Assembly (NCBI GenBank): GCA_030648495.1
Contig: JAUSHV010000045.1
Coordinates: forward strand, 1 to 54,804
DNA length: 54,804 nucleotides
Direction of reading: 5' to 3'
Source of the DNA: a bacterium
GTDB taxonomy: Bacteria; Patescibacteriota; Minisyncoccia; UBA11713; 2-01-FULL-45-33
Both the position numbers and the translations under genes were made by a program. The notes under the pieces were generated by a model that ran no database searches, was not told the origin of the DNA, and saw nothing but the letters and a program-made list of their open reading frames with translations. This document shows, piece after piece, positions 1-8,650 of this stretch (positions within the stretch are counted from its first letter, which is position 1; each line of letters opens with the position of its first letter).

Positions 1-2698
1 AGCGCGAAATATCTTCCGTCACAAAATTTTCCAAATCGCGCGCCGCGCCGACGATATCATAGGCGTCCAGTTTTTCCGTGGCAACGCGGATTGTATCTTG
101 TAATTTTATTAGTACCCACTTATTTATTAAAAGCTTAGCGGAAATAACCCCCCTCACCCCCCTTACTTTAAGGGGGGCAACATTGTACATCTTATAGAAT
201 TGCAGAACATTCCAGAGTATCATGAAAAATCTGCGCGAAGCGTCTTTGACGTCGTCTTCTTTAAAAAGTTTTGAATCCCAGGGCTGGTTTATTGTAAAAA
301 AATACCAGCGCACCGAATCCGCCCCATATTTTTCTATCAAAGCCATCGGGTCGACAACGTTCCCCAAAGATTTAGACATTTTCTTGCCGTTTTTATCCAA
401 CACATGCCCCAACACCACAACATTTTTGTAAGGCGCGCTCTTTCCAAGAAGAGTGGAAACCGCCAAAAGCGTATAGAACCATCCTCGGGTCTGGTCGATG
501 GCCTCTACTATATAGTCCGCCGGAAAGCCCGAGGGCTTGCTCGCAAACGGCATCGCTCCGGAATCAAACCAAACATCGCAAACTTCCGGCACGCGCCTCA
601 TTACTCCCCCGCATGAACACCTGAGGGTAACGCCGTCGATGTAAGGCTTGTGAAGGTCCAAAATAAAATTCTCACCCCTCGGCAACTGTGGCATTTCCAA
701 AACGCTCCAACCGGCGGTCTTAAGAAAATCACGTTTACCGCCTTCTTTAGCCGCAACCGACTCTTCATAATTTTTACCAAGCGCGGCCGACCAGAGCATC
801 CATAAAGTATACTCGTGACTTATTATCAGAACCGTCTTATTCTTATATTGCGACTCTATTTCTTCAATAACTGCGAAAGTCCGCTTCTTTAAGTCATTTA
901 AAGTTTCTCCATTTGGCGGAGCTTTTTCGAATTTCTCAATTTCATTTTTATAAAACGAATGATATTTGACAGGCTTTCCTTCGGCAAAAATTCCCGTGTT
1001 AATCTCTCCCAAACGAACATCAAATTTTATATTTTTTTCGTCAACGTTAAATATTTTTGCCATTATTTCTGCTGTCTCCTTGGTGCGCAAAAATGGGGAC
1101 GCAATAATCAAATCAAATTTTATTTTTTTTGCCTTAATCGCTTTTGCGGTTTTTTGAACTTGTCCAATACCTTTTTTAGTTAACGGATATTTATTATTCT
1201 CCAGAGTACAATTTGTTACATGTTTTATATTGCTCAATGACTCACCATGCCGCATCATTATATATTTGTTGCGCGGAGGCGCTGATCGTTTTTGCATCTC
1301 GTCCTGTGAACCAATTACATCCCACTTCTCACATTTCTCGCATCTCCATACTGGCAAAGGCGTACCCCAATAGCGCTCTCTGGAGAAAGCCCAATTTTTC
1401 TTTTCTTTCAACCACTCACCGAATCTTCCCTCTTTTATATGTTCGGGGTGCCAGTTGATGGTTTCATTGTTTTCCAAAAGTTCTTTACGGACCTTATTAA
1501 CATCCACCCACCATGATTTTCTCGCAAAATACATTAAAGACGTTTTACACCTCCAGCAAAAAGGATAGTCGTGTTCGTAAGGCTCTTCTTTAAAAAGAAG
1601 GTTGCGCGACCTTAGGTCTTCTATAATAAGAGGGTCTGCTTTTTTAAAAAACGCTCCGTTCCAGGTCCATTCGGGAGCCTGCATAGTGCCTCGCTCGTCT
1701 ACAGTCAAAAGAACGGGCAAATTGTATTTTTTTCCGAGCCGAAAATCATCATCCCCAAATGCAGGCGCGATATGAACTATGCCTGTGCCGTCCTCGGCAG
1801 AAATAAAATCGCCCGCAACAATTTTATACGGAGCTTTATTGGAATATAAAGCGTCGTAACCTTCATCAATCAGCTCCTTGCCTTTCACTTTTTTTATTAC
1901 ACTATACCCTTCACCCAAAACACCGAGACGGGATTCGGCTAATATAAAAATTTCTTGCGAAAGATCGTTTTTGGCAAAACAATAATTTATTTGGGGATTC
2001 ACAGCCAAAGCAACGTTTCCGGGAAGCGTCCAGGGAGTCGTGGTCCAGACAAGATAAAATATTTTTACGTTTTTAGTCGGAAATTTTACATAGATGGAAT
2101 TGTCCTTCACTTTTTCGTAGCCCTGAGCAAGCTCGTGCGAAGAGAGCGCCGTCCCGCAACGCACGCACCAAGGCATAACCTTATAATCCTCATAGAGAAA
2201 ATTATTTTTTGCGAATTCTTTGATAATCGCCCACAAAGATTCAATATAAGAATTTTCGTAAGTAATATACGGACGCTCCATGTCTATCCAAAAACCCATC
2301 CGCGAAGTCAAACGTTCCCATAGGTCTTTGTATTGCCAAACCGATTCTTTGCATTTTTTGTTGAAAGCCGCCACGCCGTAGGCCTCGATCTCTTTTTTAT
2401 TTTTCAACCCCAAAACCTTTTCAACCTGTACCTCTACCGGCAAACCGTGCGTATCCCAACCTGCTCGGCGCGGGACAAAAAAGCCCTGCATGGTTTTGAA
2501 CCGCAAAATAATATCTTTAAAAACGCGCGTCTCAACATGCCCTATATGCGGGTTGCCGTTCGCTGTCGGAGGACCATCAAAAAAGATAAAACTTTTGGTT
2601 TTACCCCGACCTTCGCGTCGGGGCTTCCTTTGAAAAACAGACTTCTCAAAAATCTTATTTTTCTCCCAAAACTCCAGTATTTCCTTCTCATCAAACAT
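1..2698 (-). CDS. ileS: Isoleucyl-tRNA synthetase (type-2-like), first ~899 codons; the 3' end runs off the window
   Basis: Absent from the ORF track because it is open at the window edge. My reverse-complement translation from ATG 2698-2696 has no stop down to position 2. Motifs: MFDEKEILEFWEKNKIF..DGPPTANGNPHIGHV (HIGH), WTTTPWTLPGN, YPFCWRCKTSLMY, RERYWGTPLPVWRCEKC, DVWFDSGAMPF, GKKMSKSLGN (KMSKS). Confidence 0.9.
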   Translation of the reverse strand, partial: MFDEKEILEFWEKNKIFEKSVFQRKPRREGRGKTKSFIFFDGPPTANGNPHIGHVETRVFKDIILRFKTMQGFFVPRRAGWDTHGLPVEVQVEKVLGLKNKKEIEAYGVAAFNKKCKESVWQYKDLWERLTSRMGFWIDMERPYITYENSYIESLWAIIKEFAKNNFLYEDYKVMPWCVRCGTALSSHELAQGYEKVKDNSIYVKFPTKNVKIFYLVWTTTPWTLPGNVALAVNPQINYCFAKNDLSQEIFILAESRLGVLGEGYSVIKKVKGKELIDEGYDALYSNKAPYKIVAGDFISAEDGTGIVHIAPAFGDDDFRLGKKYNLPVLLTVDERGTMQAPEWTWNGAFFKKADPLIIEDLRSRNLLFKEEPYEHDYPFCWRCKTSLMYFARKSWWVDVNKVRKELLENNETINWHPEHIKEGRFGEWLKEKKNWAFSRERYWGTPLPVWRCEKCEKWDVIGSQDEMQKRSAPPRNKYIMMRHGESLSNIKHVTNCTLENNKYPLTKKGIGQVQKTAKAIKAKKIKFDLIIASPFLRTKETAEIMAKIFNVDEKNIKFDVRLGEINTGIFAEGKPVKYHSFYKNEIEKFEKAPPNGETLNDLKKRTFAVIEEIESQYKNKTVLIISHEYTLWMLWSAALGKNYEESVAAKEGGKRDFLKTAGWSVLEMPQLPRGENFILDLHKPYIDGVTLRCSCGGVMRRVPEVCDVWFDSGAMPFASKPSGFPADYIVEAIDQTRGWFYTLLAVSTLLGKSAPYKNVVVLGHVLDKNGKKMSKSLGNVVDPMALIEKYGADSVRWYFFTINQPWDSKLFKEDDVKDASRRFFMILWNVLQFYKMYNVAPLKVRGVRGVISAKLLINKWVLIKLQDTIRVATEKLDAYDIVGAARDLENFVTEDISR
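700..1290 (-). other. Histidine-phosphatase (PGAM-like) domain inserted inside ileS
   Basis: The insert lies between ..CEKCEKWDVIGSQDEM and LDLHKPYIDGVTLRCSCGGVMRRVPEV. The translation reads KYIMMRHGESLSN (RHGE motif), IASPFLRTKETAEI, PNGETLNDLKKRTFAVIEEI, TVLIISHEYTLWML (second His). Confidence 0.7.
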
Positions 2699-2749
2699 AA
2701 AAAAAGTATAGCAAAAAAACCGCTCTTTTGGAACGGCTTACTAAAATTT

Positions 2750-3154
2750 TCATTTCCAACGCATCACTATCTGCGCGGCAATCATGAGTAGAAACGCAAT
2801 TACAATCTTGGGAGATAGATTCAACTGGCCGCGATTAAAATATTCTGAAATTAAAAGAGCAACCGGATTGGCAAGCCATATTAACATAACAATGATTTTT
2901 ATATCAATATTGGCCAATGATTGCCGTACAATTGCCATATGGACAAGGTAGACCGCAGGATAAGCGACAAACATTGAAACAAAAGTAAAATAAGCTGTAT
3001 AAACCCACAGAGAATCTGTTTGCAGTCCAAGAAACTTCTTGGTGCCTGCTATGTCTATCAACCAAACAAAGATCTGATATAAAACAACATTGCCGACTAG
3101 CAGCATCAAAAAATCCAAAGACAAATTTTTCATTGAGCGCCAAAATCTCACCAA
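2750..3154 (-). CDS. Small multi-pass membrane protein, unknown function
   Basis: 134-aa ORF with about 4 hydrophobic segments, co-oriented with its neighbours. Confidence 0.5.
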   Translation of the reverse strand: MVRFWRSMKNLSLDFLMLLVGNVVLYQIFVWLIDIAGTKKFLGLQTDSLWVYTAYFTFVSMFVAYPAVYLVHMAIVRQSLANIDIKIIVMLIWLANPVALLISEYFNRGQLNLSPKIVIAFLLMIAAQIVMRWK

Positions 3155-3197
3155 ACATTAGCACGCCCAAACAAAAAAGCAATCGGTTAGGATTGCT

Positions 3198-3443
3198 TCA
3201 TACTATAAGAAAAATTTTAATACAGGTGATAAGTGTTGTGAGCAGAATAACTAAACAAAAGCCGGATAGCATCCAAAACAACTTAAGCTCAGGCTTATCT
3301 GTATAAAATGATGCGATAACAGCCAATGGCAGTGGTAATAAAGCAATATACCAAAATGCTATTAAAACTTTGGGAGATTCTTCTAAAATCAGCATGAGAA
3401 GCATTAAAAACCCAGCAAATCCGGTAGGATTAATGGCTGTCAT
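3198..3443 (-). CDS. Small membrane protein, unknown function
   Basis: ORF 3198-3521 trimmed to internal Met (MTAINPTGFAGFLMLLML..), which removes the overlap with the argS 3' end. Three hydrophobic segments. Confidence 0.4.
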   Translation of the reverse strand: MTAINPTGFAGFLMLLMLILEESPKVLIAFWYIALLPLPLAVIASFYTDKPELKLFWMLSGFCLVILLTTLITCIKIFLIV

Positions 3444-3498
3444 TTTCCATTGGCAAATCTTATCAAAGACTATCACAAGCAAGAAAAAAAGCAACCGC

Positions 3499-5094
3499 CT
3501 ACATCTTCTCGGGGGCGGCAATGCCCATCAAGGTAAGTGTTTGTTTTAGAGTTTTTTTGGTTGCCGAAACCAAAGCCAGGCGGGCTTGGGTTAGCTCTTT
3601 ATTTTTCGTATCTATCACTAAACATTTTTCATAAAAATTCGTAAAGGTTTGCGCGAGTTCGTAAACATATTTAGTGAGCCTGTGTGCTTGATAGTCATCG
3701 GTAATGTCTTCGATAATTTCGTGGAGCTGAAGTATTTTTTTGATGAGAGCCAGTTCTTCGGGCTTATCAAGAAGCATAAGGTCGGCTTTCTTGCCCGGCT
3801 TCCCTTTCCGTAAAATACTGCATGAACGCGCGTGCGCGTATTGAACATAATATACGGGATTTTTCTTGCTTCTTTCTTTTGCCAAATCCATATCAAAATC
3901 CATGTGGGTATTTGGGCTACGTTCCAAAAAGAACCACCTCGCGGCGTCTACCCCGACTTCTTTTAACAATTCATCCAAAGTCACAAACTCTCCGCTCCGC
4001 TTGGACATTTTTACTTCCTTTCCTCCTGAAATTAAACGAACAAGCTGCATGATAATAATTTGCAATCTAGCCGGCTCAACACCAATCGCCTCCACGCCTT
4101 TTTTCATGCGCTCTATATAGCCATGATGATCCGCTCCCCAAATATCTATTGCGATATCAAATTTTCTTTTCATAAATTTGTCATAATGATAGGCTAAATC
4201 AGCCAAAAAATAGGTTGACTCTTTATTGGACTTTATTACCACGGCATCTGCCAACCATAGAGCGCCTTCTTTTTCATGAAGAACTTTTTTCTTATTTAAA
4301 AATGTAAGGATTTTTTTTAGCTCGTTTTTTTTGTGCAAATTTTTGTCTTCCGAATACCAGACATCAAATTTTATTCCTGCTTTTATAAGAGATACTTTTA
4401 TTTCTTTAAGCAAACTCGCTGCCGCCTGCGCCGCCGTTTTTTCTTTTAATTTTTTGATGTATTCGCCCTTATAAAGCTCTTCGCGCGCGGGGATTTTTCC
4501 TTCCGCCGCCAAAATGGACTCGCCTAAAAGCTTTATCTGATTTCCGGCATCATTTATATAATATTCGCGAGTAACTTTGCGTCCAACAGCACTCAAAACA
4601 TTCGCGAGCGCATCGCCGTAAAATCCTCCTCGTCCATTTGCCATAGTTAAAGGCCCCGTCGGATTCGCTGAAATAAATTCTATGTTGATTTTTTTGCTAG
4701 TCTCGCGCTTTCCGTTTCGCTCGGTCTTAACCCTCTCTCCGGGGGCTCCGACGCCCTCGCGCTCCGAAAAACGCTCGCCTCTTCGCGAAAAAATCGAAAG
4801 GTTTTCGACTAAGGCCTCGCGCGCAATAAAAAAATTCAAAAAGCCTGGACCTGCGGATTCGATCCTTTCAATGATTTTTCCCAACTTGGGAGCTCGGCTT
4901 CCAAGCGTGGCTTTCATCCATTCCGCAACTTCTTTCGGTCCGCCAGCTGGCGGATTTCCAATTTTCTTAGCCAGCACCAAAGCAATGTTCGATGAATAAT
5001 CTCCATGCTCGGAGTTCTCCGGGCGTTCAACGGAAAAAACCGTGCCCTTTGGCACCAATTTTTCTATTTCTTCTCTAATTTGCGCGCGAAACAT
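3499..5094 (-). CDS. argS: Arginyl-tRNA synthetase
   Basis: 531 aa. Motifs: EFISANPTGPL, DIWGADHHGY, KMSKRSGEFVTLDELL, and a C-terminal anticodon-binding helix region ending ..GIAAPEKM. Confidence 0.9.
   Translation of the reverse strand: MFRAQIREEIEKLVPKGTVFSVERPENSEHGDYSSNIALVLAKKIGNPPAGGPKEVAEWMKATLGSRAPKLGKIIERIESAGPGFLNFFIAREALVENLSIFSRRGERFSEREGVGAPGERVKTERNGKRETSKKINIEFISANPTGPLTMANGRGGFYGDALANVLSAVGRKVTREYYINDAGNQIKLLGESILAAEGKIPAREELYKGEYIKKLKEKTAAQAAASLLKEIKVSLIKAGIKFDVWYSEDKNLHKKNELKKILTFLNKKKVLHEKEGALWLADAVVIKSNKESTYFLADLAYHYDKFMKRKFDIAIDIWGADHHGYIERMKKGVEAIGVEPARLQIIIMQLVRLISGGKEVKMSKRSGEFVTLDELLKEVGVDAARWFFLERSPNTHMDFDMDLAKERSKKNPVYYVQYAHARSCSILRKGKPGKKADLMLLDKPEELALIKKILQLHEIIEDITDDYQAHRLTKYVYELAQTFTNFYEKCLVIDTKNKELTQARLALVSATKKTLKQTLTLMGIAAPEKM
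4696..4795. repeat. Repeat family B copy, in frame inside argS
   Basis: 4727-4754 (ttaaccctctctccgggggctccgacgc) matches the reverse complement of 33651-33678 at 27 of 28 positions. Flanking blocks tctcgcgc and cgctcgcct are also shared. Visibly GC-richer than the rest of the gene. Confidence 0.8.
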
Positions 5095-5122
5095 TAATCT
5101 TACTTTATCCTAAAAATCGCAT

Positions 5123-5146
5123 AAAAAAAAGCCCTTATGGGCTTTT
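5123..5146 (-). terminator. Intrinsic terminator after thrC
   Basis: Hairpin aaaagccc-ttat-gggctttt, followed by a U-run on the minus strand. It overlaps the thrC stop codon. Confidence 0.6.
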
Positions 5147-6296
5147 ACTTACTCCTCACAATATCCATTACTGCGTCATAGGACGCATCAATCACAATCG
5201 GCGGCTCTTTCATAAAAACTTTTTGAGCCGTTTTTAAGTCCTTGAAAATTGAACCGGTAAGAGTGCAAACAATTACCGACCCCATGCCAAAATAATTTTC
5301 ACTTCGCGGCTCCCCGGCTGCTTTTAAAAGCCCTGCAAGAGCTGTCGCTGACGAAGGCTCGCAGGAAACCGGCTCGAGCTTCGGCAAAAGTTCGTAAGCG
5401 GCCATAATTTCTTTATCGGTCACGCTGTCAATTTTTCCGTGCGATTCCCGAATGGCCGCCTCTGCTTCCGTCCACTTAGCCGGGTTGCCGATGCGGATTG
5501 CACTCGCAATCGTTTTGGGTTCTTTCACTACTTTTCCCAAAACAATCGGCGCGGAACCCGCGGCTTGGTAGCCCATCATTTTTGGCAAATTATTCAAACG
5601 CTTCGGCACGCCGTCGTAATATTCCTTATATCCTTTCCAGTAAGCAGTAATATTTCCGCCATTGCCAACGGGAATAAAATGATAATGCGGAGCAGACGGA
5701 CCGTCCAATAAAGACAATTCATCAACAATTTCAAAAGATGCGGTCTTCTGCCCTTCCATGCGGTAAGTGTTTAAAGAGTTCAACAACTCAATATCGGAAT
5801 TTTGTACTACAACTTCTTTTACAATATCTAGCGCATCATCAAAATTTCCTCTGATTTGAATAGCTTTTGTGTTGTGGAGTTTTGATTGAAAAAGTTTGCC
5901 TGGTGCCACTGCGCCATATGGCATAATTACAATCGAACGCATGCCGACCGCGTGGCAATAAGCAACAACAGCGGCGGCAGTATTTCCGGTCGAAGCGCAG
6001 ATGCCGATTTTTTTTCCGTGCGCCGCGGCCATAGTCACTGCCGCGGTCATGCCTCTGTCTTTAAAAGAACCGGTTCCACGGTTGTCGCCCTCGAGCTTCA
6101 AATAAACTTTTGCCCTGAAATTTCCGTAAGTATCGTCAATATATTCTTCCAAGCGCCTCGCGCGCCAAAGGCGTGTGGCACCCTCTCCAAGAGTTACAAT
6201 TTTATCTTTGCCAACAGATTGCATATCAGCAGGCATGCGGTTCCAATATCTATTCAAGATGCCTTTATAAGGCGCCTGAAGCGGTTCGTATTCCAT
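5145..6296 (-). CDS. thrC: Threonine synthase
   Basis: PLP-lysine motif GSFKDRG and STGNTAAA. ORF 5145-6356 trimmed to ATG (MEYEPLQ), because the track start is a TTG lying in the upstream terminator U-run. Confidence 0.85.
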   Translation of the reverse strand: MEYEPLQAPYKGILNRYWNRMPADMQSVGKDKIVTLGEGATRLWRARRLEEYIDDTYGNFRAKVYLKLEGDNRGTGSFKDRGMTAAVTMAAAHGKKIGICASTGNTAAAVVAYCHAVGMRSIVIMPYGAVAPGKLFQSKLHNTKAIQIRGNFDDALDIVKEVVVQNSDIELLNSLNTYRMEGQKTASFEIVDELSLLDGPSAPHYHFIPVGNGGNITAYWKGYKEYYDGVPKRLNNLPKMMGYQAAGSAPIVLGKVVKEPKTIASAIRIGNPAKWTEAEAAIRESHGKIDSVTDKEIMAAYELLPKLEPVSCEPSSATALAGLLKAAGEPRSENYFGMGSVIVCTLTGSIFKDLKTAQKVFMKEPPIVIDASYDAVMDIVRSK

Positions 6297-6356
6297 TTTT
6301 TCAAGGCTCAAAATACTGCTCCAAATATAGCGCCGAGAATATTGAAATGCAAGCAA

Positions 6357-6404
6357 TAAAAAAAAGCCCCGGACGCAGAAGCTTGGCGCTTCTTTGTCCG
6401 AGGC
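6357..6404 (-). terminator. Intrinsic terminator after the 6414-6626 gene
   Basis: Long hairpin: GCC/CGGAC/AGAAGC, loop ttggc, GCTTCT/GTCCG/GGC. Followed by a run of U on the minus strand (plus-strand a-run 6356-6365). Confidence 0.7.
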
Positions 6405-6413
6405 TTTAAAAAT

Positions 6414-6626
6414 TTATCTGCTTCGCCGCCAACGATCTTTCTTTTCATCGCGCGCCTGGGCTTCGTCGTCTCGTGCGAGTTGTTTTCTTAAAACCCTGAG
6501 ATGGAATCCTTTGCTTCCGACGCTTAGGTAACCACGTGCTTTTAGAACGCGCTCGTCGCACGCTTCGAACATTCTTATCTGTTCTTCCAGCTCCCGCCTT
6601 TCTTGTCCACTCAATCGATCAACCAT
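6414..6626 (-). CDS. Small charged, coiled-coil-like protein (70 aa), unknown function
   Basis: Internal ATG of track ORF 6414-6758 (MVDRLSGQERRELEEQIRMFEAC..). It starts 2 nt after the stop of the upstream ORF and is preceded by GGAGAG. Confidence 0.45.
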   Translation of the reverse strand: MVDRLSGQERRELEEQIRMFEACDERVLKARGYLSVGSKGFHLRVLRKQLARDDEAQARDEKKDRWRRSR

Positions 6627-6628
6627 GC

Positions 6629-7012
6629 TTACTCTCCTTTTCTCATGATCCGCTGGTCGTTGACGAACTCGAAGTCGAGCTGAGTGCACCGCGCACGATA
6701 GCGCTTCGCATATTCGCTTTCTTCCTGCTTGTTCTGAGGATTGGTATAAATTGCCCATCTTTTCCGAAGCAAGCGCTCAAGAATTTTTGCCGCCCAAGCA
6801 CTCCGTACTGTTGCTTCCCAGAAAAAATGTTTAACAATATCCGCCAGCTGTTCGGTAGTAAAACTGACAGAAAGATCATATATCATTCCGGTGCGATTGA
6901 AAGCCTGCATTTTTATTCTGTGATAACTTCCCGGAAATTCCTTCCCCGAAAGTTGTTCCACTTCAAATTGAAGCCTTGAATCGCTATAGAGAGGCTGATA
7001 GGACTGCTCCAT
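6629..7012 (-). CDS. Hypothetical protein (127 aa)
   Basis: ORF with plausible composition, tightly coupled to the 6414-6626 ORF. No family recognised. Confidence 0.45.
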   Translation of the reverse strand: MEQSYQPLYSDSRLQFEVEQLSGKEFPGSYHRIKMQAFNRTGMIYDLSVSFTTEQLADIVKHFFWEATVRSAWAAKILERLLRKRWAIYTNPQNKQEESEYAKRYRARCTQLDFEFVNDQRIMRKGE

Positions 7013-7168
7013 AAATCCTCGCTTTCTGCTATTTTAGGCATAGCTACCATATGTTAATCTGTTTTCGATTATAGCATTTTTTTTGATATGGGTCAATAGT
7101 AGCAAAACCCCCTTTATAAAATAAGGCTTTTTTACTTCCATATGTAAAAATGCCAAAATATTAATATA

Positions 7169-8650
7169 ATGCGCTATAGGCTAGAAACTATCGTTTTTCT
7201 TTCCGGATTCAACCTCATGGCGTTGGAATTGGTAGGTTCACGAATAATCGCTCCTTTTTTAGGAACTTCCATTTTTGTCTGGACAAGCCTCATCGGCGTC
7301 ATTTTAGGAAGCCTATCTTTGGGATATTGGTGGGGCGGAATTATCGCAGACAAAAATCCTACATATAAAAAACTGTCTTCTGTTTTATACTCCGCCGGCA
7401 TACTTATCGGTATAACCGCGGTAGCAAATACCACAATCCTTTATCCGATAGCTATCAGCGGGCTCGGTCCGAGATGGGGCTCCGTTTTGGCTGCTATTTT
7501 GCTCTTCGCGCCGGCAGCGGTGCTTTTTGGAATGGTCTCGCCGCTCGCGGCTAAAATGAAACTAGATAACCTGAATACCCTAGGAAAAAATGTCGGCGGG
7601 CTTTATGCGATTTCAACAATGGGGAGCATTTTGGGAACTTTTGCGGGCGGGTTCTATTTAATATCTTTTTTCGGAAGCGGGTTAACCTTGGCTTTTATTT
7701 CTTTTCTTACAATACTCGCCGCCTTTATTTCTTATCCAAATCTAAAAAATATTCTTAGAAAATCCGTTCCTGCCATATTTATATTTTTTTGTATATTTGC
7801 GGTCGAAAAAACAAAGTCGTTAATTCCGGATTTCAAAGACATAGACACAGAATATAAGCGCATCTGGATAGTGGATGAGAAAGATTTTTTAACAGGACGG
7901 CAGGCACGGTATTTGGTGGACGCGCCAAACTCCGCTCAATCTGAAATGTTTTTGGATTCAGACACCGAACTCGTTGCTGCCTACACTAAATATTATGATC
8001 TTTATAAATTTTTCTCTGGAAAATCCGATCATGTTTTAATGCTCGGCGGTGGCGCCTTTTCTTACCCAAAACATTTTATCGCGACGAACAAAACCGGGCA
8101 GATGGATATTGTTGAAATAGATCCTGCAATGACACGGCTAGCCGAAAAATATTTTAACTTAAAACCCGACCCGCGGATGCTAATTGTGAACGAAGATGCA
8201 AGAGTATATTTAAATACAACCGAAAAAAAATATGACGCTATGTTTGTTGATGTATTTACCGCAACACTATCCATTCCCTATCACGTGATAACAAAGGAGG
8301 CCGTAGAAAAGGAATATAAACGTTTAAATGATGACGGTGTGGCGCTCGTGAACATCATCGCGGCCATTGAAGGAAATAAAGGAAAATATTTCCGGGCAGC
8401 TCTCGCAACATACAAAAGCGTCTTCCCGCAAGTCTATGTGTTTCCGGTACATGCGCCCGCTGATGGAAATATTATCCAAAATATAATGCTTATAGCGCTA
8501 AAATCCAACACTCCTCATGCTTTGACGTCAAACAACCCGGAAATACAATCATATCTTTCGCATCTTTGGACGAAAAATATTCCGCAAGACGCAGGCATTT
8601 TCACTGACAATTTCGCGCCAGTGGAAAGATATGCGGAGGAGATGCTCTAA
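7169..8650 (+). CDS. Fused membrane / spermidine-synthase-like (class I methyltransferase fold) protein
   Basis: N-terminal ~7 TM segments. C-terminal VLMLGGGAFSYP, DIVEIDPAMT, YDAMFVDVF. Confidence 0.7.
   Translation: MRYRLETIVFLSGFNLMALELVGSRIIAPFLGTSIFVWTSLIGVILGSLSLGYWWGGIIADKNPTYKKLSSVLYSAGILIGITAVANTTILYPIAISGLGPRWGSVLAAILLFAPAAVLFGMVSPLAAKMKLDNLNTLGKNVGGLYAISTMGSILGTFAGGFYLISFFGSGLTLAFISFLTILAAFISYPNLKNILRKSVPAIFIFFCIFAVEKTKSLIPDFKDIDTEYKRIWIVDEKDFLTGRQARYLVDAPNSAQSEMFLDSDTELVAAYTKYYDLYKFFSGKSDHVLMLGGGAFSYPKHFIATNKTGQMDIVEIDPAMTRLAEKYFNLKPDPRMLIVNEDARVYLNTTEKKYDAMFVDVFTATLSIPYHVITKEAVEKEYKRLNDDGVALVNIIAAIEGNKGKYFRAALATYKSVFPQVYVFPVHAPADGNIIQNIMLIALKSNTPHALTSNNPEIQSYLSHLWTKNIPQDAGIFTDNFAPVERYAEEML

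Noticed and set aside
222-2791. Nine short plus-strand ORFs listed in the track over the first 2.8 kb.
   Set aside because: All are antisense to the uninterrupted ileS reading frame, which the track omits because it is open at the window edge.
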